Source: Betaproteobacteria bacterium (lineage in GTDB: Bacteria; Pseudomonadota; Gammaproteobacteria; Burkholderiales; SG8-39). From it: DNA of 64,000 nt. Below are positions 25,903-35,194 of this stretch, piece by piece. Under the pieces are notes generated by a model. That model saw only the letters and a list, made by a program, of their open reading frames with translations, searched no databases and was not told the origin of the DNA. The DNA lies in NCBI GenBank assembly GCA_029883975.1, contig JAOUIL010000002.1, positions 3,014 through 67,013 on the forward strand, written 5' to 3'. The translations under genes were made by a program, and so were the position numbers. The stretch's first letter is position 1. Every line of letters starts with the position of its first letter.

Positions 25903-25916
25903 CGGAGTAACGAGAC

Positions 25917-27053
25917 ATGGAACGCGAACAAGCCACCAAATTCATGTATGACCTGCTGCGCGCGCTGATCGCCAAGCGCGGCTCGGACCTGTTCATCACC
26001 ACCGGCTACCCGCCGGCGATGAAGATCGACGGCAAGATGACCCCGGTGTCGCAGCAGGGCCTGTCGCCGCAGCACACCTCGCAGCTCGCACGCTCGATCA
26101 TGAACGATAAGCAGGCGGCCGAGTTCGAGTCGACCAAGGAGTGCAACTTCGCCATCAGCCCGGCGGGCATCGGCCGCTTCCGCGTCAACTGCTTCGTGCA
26201 GCAGGGCTACGTCGGCATGGTGCTGCGCGTCATCACCACCACCATCCCGAACTTCGAGGACCTGAAGCTGCCGCCGGTGCTGAAGGAAGTGGCGATGACC
26301 AAGCGGGGCCTGGTGATCTTCGTCGGCGGCACGGGCTCGGGCAAGTCGACCTCGCTCGCGGCGATGATCGGCTACCGCAACGAGAACTCGCACGGCCACA
26401 TCATCACCATCGAGGACCCGGTCGAGTACGTGCACCCGCACAGGAACTGCATCGTCACGCAGCGCGAGGTGGGCGTGGACACCGACTCCTGGGCTTCGGC
26501 GCTGAAGAACACCCTGCGCCAGGCGCCCGACGTGATCCTGATCGGCGAGGTGCGCGATCGCGAGGTCATGGAGCACGCCATCGCCTTCGCCGAGACCGGC
26601 CACCTGGCGCTGTGTACGCTGCACGCCAACAACTCCAACCAGGCGATGGACCGGATCATCAACTTTTTCCCCGAGGAGCGGCGCCCGCAGCTGCTCATGG
26701 ACCTGTCACTGAACCTCAAGGCCGTCATTTCCCAGCGCCTCATCCCGGTGAAGGAAGGCCGGGGCCGCGCGGCGGCGGTGGAGGTGCTGCTCAATTCGCC
26801 GCTGATCTCGGACCTCATCTTCAAGGGCGAGGTGCACGAGATCAAGGAGATCATGAAGAAATCGAAGGAGCTCGGCATGCAGACCTTCGACCAGGCGCTG
26901 TTCGATCTCTACGAGCAGGGCCGCATCGCCTATGAGGACGCGCTGCGCTTCGCCGACTCGACCAACGAAGTGCGCCTCGCCATCAAGCTGCACGGCAAGG
27001 AAGCGAAGGACAAGGACCTCTCCAGGGGCATCGAGCACCTGGACATCGTCTAG
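25917..27053 (+). CDS. pilU: Type IV pilus ATPase PilU
   Basis: GSDLFIT, GGTGSGKSTS, NTLRQAPDVILIGE and TLHANN; follows pilT. Confidence 0.97.
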   Translation: MEREQATKFMYDLLRALIAKRGSDLFITTGYPPAMKIDGKMTPVSQQGLSPQHTSQLARSIMNDKQAAEFESTKECNFAISPAGIGRFRVNCFVQQGYVGMVLRVITTTIPNFEDLKLPPVLKEVAMTKRGLVIFVGGTGSGKSTSLAAMIGYRNENSHGHIITIEDPVEYVHPHRNCIVTQREVGVDTDSWASALKNTLRQAPDVILIGEVRDREVMEHAIAFAETGHLALCTLHANNSNQAMDRIINFFPEERRPQLLMDLSLNLKAVISQRLIPVKEGRGRAAAVEVLLNSPLISDLIFKGEVHEIKEIMKKSKELGMQTFDQALFDLYEQGRIAYEDALRFADSTNEVRLAIKLHGKEAKDKDLSRGIEHLDIV

Positions 27054-27084
27054 CGCCTGCCGGACCGGGTGTTGCGCCGCGGGC

Positions 27085-27414
27085 ATGGATAACCGCTGCC
27101 CGCTGTGCGGCAAGGACCTGGGCCGCAGGAAGCTCGGCTACTCCATCGTCGCGCGCATGGACGTCGAGTGTCCCCACTGCTCGGGCAGGCTGAGCGTCAA
27201 CGTGCACCGCGCCGAGCAGGCGATCGTGCTGATCGGCGCGGGGTGCGCGCTCCTGCTCGCCGCGCTCTCCTACACCCAACAGCGCCAGGCCCTGCTGCTC
27301 GCCGCGCTGGGCGCGGGAATCGCTGCTGCCGTCGCGATGTTCGCGCTCGAGCGCGCCTGGCTGCGCCGCTGGCCGCGCTACGTGCCGCGCCGCGCGCCGC
27401 CGCGGATGGAATAA
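27085..27414 (+). CDS. Small CxxC-x20-CxxC zinc-ribbon membrane protein
   Basis: CPLC-(20 aa)-CPHC followed by two hydrophobic helices. Confidence 0.75.
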   Translation: MDNRCPLCGKDLGRRKLGYSIVARMDVECPHCSGRLSVNVHRAEQAIVLIGAGCALLLAALSYTQQRQALLLAALGAGIAAAVAMFALERAWLRRWPRYVPRRAPPRME

Positions 27415-27422
27415 TGGCGCCC

Positions 27423-27635
27423 ATGAAGATCCTCGGCATCGCACTGATCGTCGCCGGCACGCTGGCGCTCGTCTACGGCGGCTTCAGCTACACCCGCGAG
27501 CGGCACGACGTGAAGCTCGGCCCGATCCAGTTCTCCGTGAAGGAAAAGGAGACCGTCAACGTCCCGGTGTGGGCCGGCGCCGGCGCCATCGGGCTGGGCG
27601 CGCTGCTGCTGGTGGTCGGCGGGCGCAGGAAGTAG
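27423..27635 (+). CDS. Small two-TM membrane protein
   Basis: MKILGIALIVAGTLALVYGGFSYT...LGPIQ...VPVWAG. Alternative ATG at 27414. Confidence 0.75.
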   Translation: MKILGIALIVAGTLALVYGGFSYTRERHDVKLGPIQFSVKEKETVNVPVWAGAGAIGLGALLLVVGGRRK

Positions 27636-27643
27636 CCCCGGCC

Positions 27644-28096
27644 GTGAGCGCATTGTTCGCCTTCCTGCACCACCTCGCGGCCTTCGCGCTGGTCGCCTGC
27701 CTGGCGATCGAGTTCGTGCTGATCCGCGGCGAGCTGGGCATGGTGGGCGCGCGCCGGCTGCAGCGCGTGGACATGGTGTTCGGGCTGTCCTCCGGCGTCG
27801 TGCTGCTCGTCGGCCTGCTGCGCGTCTTCTACTTCGAGAAGGGCGCGAGCTACTACTTCCACAGCTGGCCGTTCCTCGCCAAGCTGGTGCTGTTCCTCGC
27901 CGTCGGCCTGCTGTCGATCCCGCCGACCATGGAGTTCCTCTCCTGGAGCAGGCTGCTGCGCCAGGGGCAGGCGCCGAACCTGAGCGAGGCACGACGCCGG
28001 CGGTTGAAGGCCTTCATGCACCTCGAGCTCGCGGGCGTCGCGCTGATCCTGCTGTGCGCCGCGCTGATGGCGCGCGGCTTCGGCCACTTCGGCTGA
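27644..28096 (+). CDS. DUF2214-like membrane protein
   Basis: FLHHLAAF, GLLRVFYFEKGASYY, LLSIPPT and AALMARGFG. Confidence 0.8.
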   Translation: MSALFAFLHHLAAFALVACLAIEFVLIRGELGMVGARRLQRVDMVFGLSSGVVLLVGLLRVFYFEKGASYYFHSWPFLAKLVLFLAVGLLSIPPTMEFLSWSRLLRQGQAPNLSEARRRRLKAFMHLELAGVALILLCAALMARGFGHFG

Positions 28097-29055
28097 TGCG
28101 TTCCTTGCGCTGGCTGCTGGCCGCCCTGGGCCTCGCGGGCGCGGCGGCGGTGGCCATCGGCGTCTACCTGTTCTACAGCGCGCCCCAGCGCGCGCTGCGC
28201 GCGGCGATCGCCTACGAGCGGCACGCCGCCGGCCTCGAGCGCAGGGAACTGGTGCTGCCCGACGGCTTGCGCTACGTCTATCTCGAGGGCGGGCGCGGCG
28301 CGCCGCTCCTGCTGCTGCACGGCTTCGGCGCCAACAAGGACAATTTCGTGCGCGTCGCCAAGTACCTGACGCCGCACTACCGCGTGATCGCGCCCGACCA
28401 CATCGGCTTCGGCGAGTCCTCCCACCCGGCGAAGGCCGACTACGCGCCGCGCGCGCAGGCCGAGCGCCTGCACGTCTTCGCGCGCCAGCTCGGCCTTTCG
28501 CGGCTGCACCTGGGCGGCAACTCGATGGGCGGGCATATCGCCCTCACCTACGCCGCCCGGTACCCGAAGGAGGTGGAGAGCCTGTGGCTGCTGAACGCCG
28601 CGGGCGTGTGGAGTGCGCCGCCGAGCGAATTGCGCCGGCGGGCCGCGCAGACCGGGGACAACCCGCTGACCATCGAGAACGAGGACGAGTTCGCCGCGCT
28701 GGTGTCCATGGTCACCGCCCGGCCGCTCATGATCCCGCGGCCGATCCTCGACGTGCTGGCGCAGGAGCGCATCCGCAATTTCGCGCTGGAAGAGCGCATC
28801 GCCCGGCAGCTGGCCGCAGACTCGGTGGAGGAGCGCATCCGCGGCCTGGCGGTGCCCTCGCTCATCGTCTGGGGCGCGGAGGACCGCGTGCTGCATCCCG
28901 GCAGCGCCGGCATCCTGCAGATGCTGCTCATCAGGTCGGAAGTCATCGTGATGCGGAACGTCGGGCACCTGCCGATGATCGAAGAACCGGAGGCGAGTGC
29001 GCTGGATTACCTCAGGTTCCGCGCCGGCCTGCCGCCGTCCGAGAGCGCCCGATGA
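28096..29055 (+). CDS. Membrane-anchored alpha/beta-hydrolase (lipase/esterase)
   Basis: N-terminal TM; LLHGFG, PDHIGFGES, GNSMGG, WGAEDRV and GHLPMIE. TGATG overlap with the upstream gene. Confidence 0.9.
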   Translation: MRSLRWLLAALGLAGAAAVAIGVYLFYSAPQRALRAAIAYERHAAGLERRELVLPDGLRYVYLEGGRGAPLLLLHGFGANKDNFVRVAKYLTPHYRVIAPDHIGFGESSHPAKADYAPRAQAERLHVFARQLGLSRLHLGGNSMGGHIALTYAARYPKEVESLWLLNAAGVWSAPPSELRRRAAQTGDNPLTIENEDEFAALVSMVTARPLMIPRPILDVLAQERIRNFALEERIARQLAADSVEERIRGLAVPSLIVWGAEDRVLHPGSAGILQMLLIRSEVIVMRNVGHLPMIEEPEASALDYLRFRAGLPPSESAR

Positions 29056-29912
29056 CCCTGCCCCGCGAGCAGTCGCTGATCATCATCCTTGCCGACATCA
29101 GCGGCTACACACGCTTCATGCTGGAGAACCAGACGGCCGCCGTGCATGGCCAGCAATGCATCACGTTTCTCATCGAGACGCTGCTGCGCGAGGTCGACAT
29201 CCCGCTGCGGCTGCAGGAGATCGAGGGCGACGCGGTGTTCCTGTACGCCGCGCGCGAGGGCGACGAGGCGGCCTGGCGCCAGGCGCTCGCCGAGGTGCGC
29301 GCCAAGCTGCCGCGCTTCTTCGCCGCCTTCCTGGAGGGCATGAGCCTCGCGGCGGAGGCGACGCCCTGCTCCTGCGCCGTCTGCCGCGACTCCGGCACGC
29401 TCAAGCTGAAGCTCATCGTGCACAGCGGGCGCGCCGTGTTCCACGCGATCGGCGGCCGCGCCCTGGTCTCGGGCGCCGACGTGATCCTCGCCCACCGGCT
29501 GCTCAAGAACTCCGTGCCGGGTGACGAGTACCTGCTCATGACCGAGGCAGCGTACCGCGATCTCGGGCGCGACATGGGCGGCGAGTTCCTTGCGGGCGAG
29601 GAGCACTGCGGCGACTTCGGCACGGTGAAGACCTACGTGCGGCATATGGGTGCGCAATGGGAACACGCTCGCGAGGCGTTGTACGCGCTGCCTGCGCCGG
29701 CGCTCGGCTCGCGCGCTCGCCTGTACGTCGCGGGTGGGATCTATGGCGAGTACCGGGCGACGCTGCGGCATCTGCTGCGGCCGGCTTCGAAGGCGGGCGT
29801 CATGCGGCGCGCGGCATTCGCGCTCTGGCGGTTTCTCCTCCTGCCCGCGGAACTCGCCTACTATCTGGCAGTCATCCCGCGCCGCCTGCGGTCGCGGCGC
29901 GCGCGCCGCTAG
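29052..29912 (+). CDS. DUF2652-like protein (class III nucleotidyl-cyclase-like fold)
   Basis: LADISGYTRF, EIEGDAVFLY, CSCAVC, LKLIVHSG and GADVILAHRLLKNSV. ATGA overlap with the hydrolase. Confidence 0.8.
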   Translation: MTLPREQSLIIILADISGYTRFMLENQTAAVHGQQCITFLIETLLREVDIPLRLQEIEGDAVFLYAAREGDEAAWRQALAEVRAKLPRFFAAFLEGMSLAAEATPCSCAVCRDSGTLKLKLIVHSGRAVFHAIGGRALVSGADVILAHRLLKNSVPGDEYLLMTEAAYRDLGRDMGGEFLAGEEHCGDFGTVKTYVRHMGAQWEHAREALYALPAPALGSRARLYVAGGIYGEYRATLRHLLRPASKAGVMRRAAFALWRFLLLPAELAYYLAVIPRRLRSRRARR

Positions 29913-29934
29913 CTTTGCCAGGAGGGAGGCCGAT

Positions 29935-30201
29935 TTGCACGACGAGAAAATCAGGGTCCGCGTCACGGCCACCGGCCAGACGCTGGACGTGGTCGTGTTC
30001 AGCAAGCGGCCCGAGGTCAGCACCGTCGTGCTGGGCGAAGGCGTGCACAGCATGCGCTGCTCGCTCACGCCCACGCGCAACGGCCTCGCCTATGCGGGCA
30101 GTGCCCTGGGGCGCGAGATCGTCTATGAGCGCAGCCAGGCGCAGGTGCGCGCGGACATCGAGAAGCTCAATCCGGCGGTGCGCGGGCCGCGCACGCGCTA
30201 G
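29935..30201 (+). CDS. Small hypothetical protein (beta-rich, 88 aa)
   Basis: TTG start follows a strong GGAGG, codon usage is GC3-rich, and the ORF fills the gap before the convergent gene. Confidence 0.65.
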   Translation: MHDEKIRVRVTATGQTLDVVVFSKRPEVSTVVLGEGVHSMRCSLTPTRNGLAYAGSALGREIVYERSQAQVRADIEKLNPAVRGPRTR

Positions 30202-31355
30202 CTGCGGTGGCTCCCCGCCACCATGCGGAACTCGTACAGCCGGCACTCGAGCGGCCCGTTGTAGAGCACCGTGCGCCGTGACGGCTGCAGGCGGATCAGC
30301 CTCTCCATCCGGCGGTCGGCGGTGAAGAAGAAGCAGTTCCAGCCGGCGAAGTTCTTCTTCAGCGCGTCGCCGAGCTTCGGATAGAAGCGCGCCAACTCCT
30401 CGGCTTCGCCGATCCGCTCGCCGTACGGCGGGTTGGCGATCATCACGCCGGAATCCGCGGGCGCCATGCGCCTGAGCAGGTCTACCGCCTCGAGCGTCAC
30501 CCAGCGCTCCACGCCCGCCGCCGCCAGGTTGCGCCGGGCTGCGGTCAGCACCCCGGCGTCCGCGTCGCTGCCGAACAGCGCCAGCTTCGGCGCGTGCGCC
30601 GCCGGCTGCGCCGCCTGCTGCCGCAACTCCTTCCACAGCACGCCGTCGAAGACGTCGAGTTTCTCGAAGCCGAACGCGCGCTTCAGCCCCGGCGCCCTGC
30701 CGCGCGCCATGGCCGCCGCCTCGATGAGCAGCGTCGCGCCGCCGCACATCGGGTCGAGCAGCGGCTGCCCGAACTTCCAGCCGGTCAGCATGACGATACC
30801 CGCCGCGAGGTTCTCGCGCAGCGGCGCCTCGACCGTCTGCATGCGCCAGCCGCGCTTGAACAGCGGCTCGCCCGAGGTGTCGAGGTACAGCATGCCGCGC
30901 TTTTCCTCCAGGAAGACGTGCACGCGCACATCGGGATCCGCGCGGTCCACGTCCGGGCGCCGCCCCACGTCGTCGCGAAAGCGGTCGCACACCGCGTCCT
31001 TCACGCGCAGCGTGACGAACTCGAGGCTCTGCAGGGGGCTCTTCTGCGCGGTCACGTATACGCGCAGGGTGCGGTTCACGTCGAACAGGTCGAACCAGTT
31101 CACGCCCCGCGCCGCCGCGTACACGTCGTCCTCGCCGGCGTAGTCGAACTCCGCGACGCGCCACAGCACGCGCGAGGCGAGGCGCGACCAGAGGTTGGCG
31201 CGGTAGCAGGCGTCCCAGCCGCCGGCGAACGCCACCCCGCCCGCGGTGGCGCGCGTGTCCGCCGCGCCGAGCGCGCGCAGCTCGTCCGCGAGCAGCCCCT
31301 CCAGGCCGCGCGGACACGGCGCGAAGAACGCCTCAGCTCGGCTTGAAGACGACAA
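30198..31355 (-). CDS. THUMP-domain rRNA methyltransferase (RlmL-like, stand-alone)
   Basis: ANLWSRLASRVL, VKDAVCDRFR, LDTSGEPLFKRGWR, APLRENLAA, DPMCG and NPPYGER. Start codon uncertain. Confidence 0.9.
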   Translation of the reverse strand: MSSSSRAEAFFAPCPRGLEGLLADELRALGAADTRATAGGVAFAGGWDACYRANLWSRLASRVLWRVAEFDYAGEDDVYAAARGVNWFDLFDVNRTLRVYVTAQKSPLQSLEFVTLRVKDAVCDRFRDDVGRRPDVDRADPDVRVHVFLEEKRGMLYLDTSGEPLFKRGWRMQTVEAPLRENLAAGIVMLTGWKFGQPLLDPMCGGATLLIEAAAMARGRAPGLKRAFGFEKLDVFDGVLWKELRQQAAQPAAHAPKLALFGSDADAGVLTAARRNLAAAGVERWVTLEAVDLLRRMAPADSGVMIANPPYGERIGEAEELARFYPKLGDALKKNFAGWNCFFFTADRRMERLIRLQPSRRTVLYNGPLECRLYEFRMVAGSHRS

Positions 31356-31746
31356 GGAAGACGGCCGCGACCAGCACGAGCGTCGGCAGCTCGTTGAACC
31401 AGCGGAACCAGGTGTGCGTGCGGCGGTTGCGCCCGGCGCGGAAATCGAGCATCAGCTTGCCGCACCAGGCGTGATAGGCGACCAGCGCGGCGACCAGCGC
31501 CACCTTGACGTACAGCCACCAGCCGGAGAAACCCCAGCCGAGCCACAGCCACAGGCCGAAGGCGACGGTCAGCACGCCGCCCGGCGTCATGATCCCCCAG
31601 AAGAGCTTGCGCTCCATCACCTGGAAGCGCCTGCGCGAGACCTCGTCCTCGGCCATGGCGTGGTACACGAACAGCCGCGGCAGGTAGAACAGCCCGGCGA
31701 ACCAGGTCACCATGAAGATGATGTGCAGAGATTTCACCCACAGCAT
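31333..31746 (-). CDS. hemJ: Protoporphyrinogen IX oxidase HemJ (UPF0093)
   Basis: WVKSLHII, WFAGLFYLPRLFVYHA, MERKL and RWFNELP. Confidence 0.92.
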   Translation of the reverse strand: MLWVKSLHIIFMVTWFAGLFYLPRLFVYHAMAEDEVSRRRFQVMERKLFWGIMTPGGVLTVAFGLWLWLGWGFSGWWLYVKVALVAALVAYHAWCGKLMLDFRAGRNRRTHTWFRWFNELPTLVLVAAVFLVVFKPS

Positions 31747-31753
31747 GGCGCGC

Positions 31754-32347
31754 TCACTTCCAGTTCGCCGTCACCGCGAGCTTCAGGGCGGGCAGCTTGC
31801 GATGGAAGAAATGGTCCGCCCCCGGAACCACCAGCACCGGCAGCTCCTGCGGGCGCGCCCAGTCCAGCACCGCGGCGAGCGGGACCGTCTCGTCGGCTTC
31901 GCCGTGGATGACGAGCGTGCCCGGTGGCACGGCCGGCACCTGCTGATTGGTTACCGCGATGCCGACCAGCGCCAGCCGCTCCGCAGGCACGCGCTGCGCG
32001 AGCTTCGCCTGAACGGCCGCGCCGAAGGAGAACCCCGCCAGCACGGGCTTCGCGGCGCCGGCGTGCGCGAGCACCGCGGCGAGGTCGTCCACTTCGCCCC
32101 GCCCCGCGTCGTGCGTGCCTTCGCTCGCGCCGACGCCGCGAAAGTTCGGGCGCCACGCCACGTAGCCGAGCTCCACCAGCGCGCGCGCGAGCGTCTGCAC
32201 GACCTTGTTGTCGAGCGTGCCGCCATACAGCGGATGCGGGTGCGCGATCAGCGCCACGCCGCGCGCTTCTGCCTCGGGCTCGTCCACGGCGCACTCGATG
32301 CGCCCGGCGGGGCCGGCGACCGTCTCCTGCCGGGTGGCGGCGCGCAT
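31754..32347 (-). CDS. Alpha/beta-hydrolase
   Basis: HPHPLYGGTLDNKVV, NFRGVGASEG, GFSFG, HGEADE and GADHFF. Confidence 0.9.
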   Translation of the reverse strand: MRAATRQETVAGPAGRIECAVDEPEAEARGVALIAHPHPLYGGTLDNKVVQTLARALVELGYVAWRPNFRGVGASEGTHDAGRGEVDDLAAVLAHAGAAKPVLAGFSFGAAVQAKLAQRVPAERLALVGIAVTNQQVPAVPPGTLVIHGEADETVPLAAVLDWARPQELPVLVVPGADHFFHRKLPALKLAVTANWK

Positions 32348-32661
32348 CAGATCCTCAGGCGTTCCACGACGCGCCCGTGCCGCAGGTGCTCCTCGATGAT
32401 CTCGTCGATGTCGCCGCGGTCGACGAAGGTGTACCAGACTGCGTCGGGATAGACCACGACGCAGGGCCCCTGCTCGCAGCGGTCGAGGCAGCCCGCCTGA
32501 TTGATACGCACCTTGCCGGCGCCGGCGAGTCCGAGGTCCTTGACGCGCTGCTTGGCGTAGTCGCGCATCTCGGCCGCGCCCTTGGCGGCGCAGCAGCCGC
32601 GCGGGTCGGACGGGTCGCGCGCGTTGCAGCAGAAGAACACGTGGCGCTGGTAGTAGGACAT
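32347..32661 (-). CDS. Thioredoxin-like [2Fe-2S] ferredoxin
   Basis: HVFFCCN...CC, GCLDRCEQGP and VYPDAVWY. Confidence 0.93.
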   Translation of the reverse strand: MSYYQRHVFFCCNARDPSDPRGCCAAKGAAEMRDYAKQRVKDLGLAGAGKVRINQAGCLDRCEQGPCVVVYPDAVWYTFVDRGDIDEIIEEHLRHGRVVERLRI

Positions 32662-32673
32662 GGGGCGCGAATT

Positions 32674-33732
32674 TTACAGCAGCGCCTCGTCGCGCCGCCG
32701 CGCCGCGAGCATGATCAGCAGGCCCATGGCGGCGAACGGCCAGAGCGAGGACACCAGGCGCGTGAGCCCGTTGAAGTGCAGGAAATGCCCCTGGCGCCAG
32801 ACGGCGAGCGTCGCCGCCAGGTAGGGATTCGGCGGCGAAAGGTTGACCAGCACGGTCGCCGCCATCAGCAGCATGGCGGCCAGCGCCAGGCGCGCCACGC
32901 GCGGCAGCGACAGCGCGATCAGCAGGATCGCGATGCCGGCGACCAGCCCCTGCAGCGCGCCCGGCGTCAGCCAGGCGAGCACCTGCTCGGCGCGCAGGAT
33001 GATGGCGAAGGCGAGTGTCTTCACCGCCAGCGCGGTCGCGAGCAGCAGCATCGCCATCGCGCGCACCGGCGCGCGCGGCAGCGCGACGCAGGACGCGAGC
33101 AGGCCCACCGCGGCGAGGTTGCCGGCGGTGGTCAGCGTCTCGATGGCGACGAAGAACTCGGGGGCACGCGCCGGGCCCGGGGCGCTGGGCAGGAGCACGC
33201 GCAGGTCGCCGCTGCCGAACAGCAGCGTCGCGGGATTGAGCTGCATGAAGACCCACAGGGCGAGCAGCGCCAGCGCGAGGTCCGCCTGCACTCCGGGCAG
33301 GAAGTAGCGCGCGCGCCAGCCGTGCAGTGCCCCGGTCCACGGCGCCGCCGCGAGGCCGATGAGCGCCCCGCACAGGGCGCCGAAGCCGTTGGCGAGCACG
33401 TCGACCAGCGACGGCACGCGGCTCGGCAGGTACGTCTGCGCGGCCTCCAGGCACGTCGACAGGGCAAGCCCGGCGAGCGTCGCCGCCGCGATCACCGCGG
33501 CGGGGCGCAGCCGCGGGTGGGCGGCGAGCGCCGCGAGCACGCCGAACGCGGCGTAGCCGAGAACGTCGGCGGCGACGTCGAACGCGGCGACGTAGCGCGG
33601 CCAGGGCGCGAGCAGGAACTCGAACGGCGACAGCCCGTGGTTGCGCCAGCCCGCGAGCGGGTAGAGCGAGGCGTAGACGACCAGCAGGACGTACAGGGCG
33701 AGGGCGAGGCGCGCGAGCGGCGAGCCGCGCAC
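32674..33732 (-). CDS. VanZ-like polytopic membrane protein
   Basis: YASLYP and EAAQTYLPSRVPSLVDVLAN; many TM segments. Confidence 0.82.
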   Translation of the reverse strand: MRGSPLARLALALYVLLVVYASLYPLAGWRNHGLSPFEFLLAPWPRYVAAFDVAADVLGYAAFGVLAALAAHPRLRPAAVIAAATLAGLALSTCLEAAQTYLPSRVPSLVDVLANGFGALCGALIGLAAAPWTGALHGWRARYFLPGVQADLALALLALWVFMQLNPATLLFGSGDLRVLLPSAPGPARAPEFFVAIETLTTAGNLAAVGLLASCVALPRAPVRAMAMLLLATALAVKTLAFAIILRAEQVLAWLTPGALQGLVAGIAILLIALSLPRVARLALAAMLLMAATVLVNLSPPNPYLAATLAVWRQGHFLHFNGLTRLVSSLWPFAAMGLLIMLAARRRDEALL

Positions 33733-33735
33733 GCG

Positions 33736-35166
33736 CTAGCCGTGGTGCGCGTGCGTGGCCGGCACGCGCCCTGCGTACACGCCCATCACCATGCCGAACA
33801 GCGAGGCGGCGAGGCCGACCAGTTGCGGCGGCAGCGTGGCCTCCGGCGCAACGACCTCCGCTACGCCCCACGCCCCCAGCCCCAGCACCACGGACAACGT
33901 CGCGCCGGCCACGTTGGCGCGCTTCCAGAATACGCCCGCCGCGAGCGGCACCAGGCACGACACCAGCGTCACCTTGTAGGCGTTCTGCACCATCTCGTAC
34001 ATGGTGCTGGTCGAGTTCAGGGCGAACAGCAGGGCGGCGAGCGAGAAGGTCACCAGCACCAGGCGCAGCAGGAGCAGGAACTGGCGGTCGCCCATGCGCG
34101 GAAGCAACGGCCGCACGATGTTCTCGGTGGCGAGCGCGGTCGGCGCGATGAGGGCGCCGGAAGCCGTGGACAGGATCGCCGAAAGCAGCGCGCCGAAGAA
34201 CAGCACCTGCGCCCACAGCGGCGTGCGCTCGAGGATCAGATCCGGCAGGATGCGCTGGATCTCGCGCCCGTCCTCCGCGGCGAACAGCTGGGACATGGAC
34301 GGGTCGATGACCAGCGCCGAGTAGGCGATGAAGATCGGCACGAAGGCAAAGCAGAAATAGATCGCGCCGCCCAGCAGGGTGGCGCGCACCGCGGTCTGCT
34401 CGTTCTTCGCCGAGGTGACGCGCTGGAACACGTCCTGCTGCGGGATCGAGCCCACGGCGAGCGTCATCCACGCCGCCACGAACCACAGCCATTCCTTCAC
34501 GCCGCCCTTCGGCCAGAACTCGAAGCGGCCGGCGTCGACCGCCGCCGCGATGACCTTGCCAGTGCCACCCGCCATGTCGCTCACCAGCCAGGCGATGGCG
34601 CACAGGCCGACCAGGATGACGATCGACTGGAACAGGTCGGTCATGGCGACCGACCACATGCCGCCCCAGATCGTGTAGCCGAGCACGATCACGCCGCCGA
34701 TGATGATGCCGGTGTTGAGGCTGATCGCTCCCCCGGAAAGCACGGAGAACACCAGCCCGAGCGCCGTGAGCTGCGCCGAGGTCCAGCCGAGATAGGACGC
34801 GGTGATCGCCAGGCTGGTGATGAGCTCCACGGGCCTGCTGTAGCGCTTGCGGTAGAAATCGCCGATCGTCAGCAGGTCCATGCGGTAGAAGGCGCGCGCG
34901 AAGAACAGCGCGACGAACAGCAGGCAGAAGCTCGCGCCGAAGGGGTCCGCCACGATCCCGCCCAGGCCGTCCTTGGCGAAAGTCGCCGAGACCGAGAGCA
35001 CGGTTTCCGCGCCGAACCAGGTGGCGAACACGGTGGCGGTGGTCATGCCGAGCGGCAGGCTGCGTCCGGCAACGACATAGTCCTTGGCGTTGTGCACGCG
35101 CGTCGCGGCCCACAGGCCGATGCCGATCGTGACGGCAAGGTAGAGCAGAACGAAGGAAACCAGCAT
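33736..35166 (-). CDS. Sodium:solute symporter family protein
   Basis: DYVVAGRSL, ATWFGAETV, GGMWSVAMTD, QQDVFQR and LSAILSTAS. Confidence 0.92.
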   Translation of the reverse strand: MLVSFVLLYLAVTIGIGLWAATRVHNAKDYVVAGRSLPLGMTTATVFATWFGAETVLSVSATFAKDGLGGIVADPFGASFCLLFVALFFARAFYRMDLLTIGDFYRKRYSRPVELITSLAITASYLGWTSAQLTALGLVFSVLSGGAISLNTGIIIGGVIVLGYTIWGGMWSVAMTDLFQSIVILVGLCAIAWLVSDMAGGTGKVIAAAVDAGRFEFWPKGGVKEWLWFVAAWMTLAVGSIPQQDVFQRVTSAKNEQTAVRATLLGGAIYFCFAFVPIFIAYSALVIDPSMSQLFAAEDGREIQRILPDLILERTPLWAQVLFFGALLSAILSTASGALIAPTALATENIVRPLLPRMGDRQFLLLLRLVLVTFSLAALLFALNSTSTMYEMVQNAYKVTLVSCLVPLAAGVFWKRANVAGATLSVVLGLGAWGVAEVVAPEATLPPQLVGLAASLFGMVMGVYAGRVPATHAHHG

Positions 35167-35194
35167 GGCGCGATGGGCCGGATTGTCTCAGGTC

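Noticed and set aside
32674-33732. VanZ-like gene as evidence of glycopeptide resistance
   Set aside because: No van cluster genes are nearby, and VanZ-like membrane proteins are widespread with unknown function.
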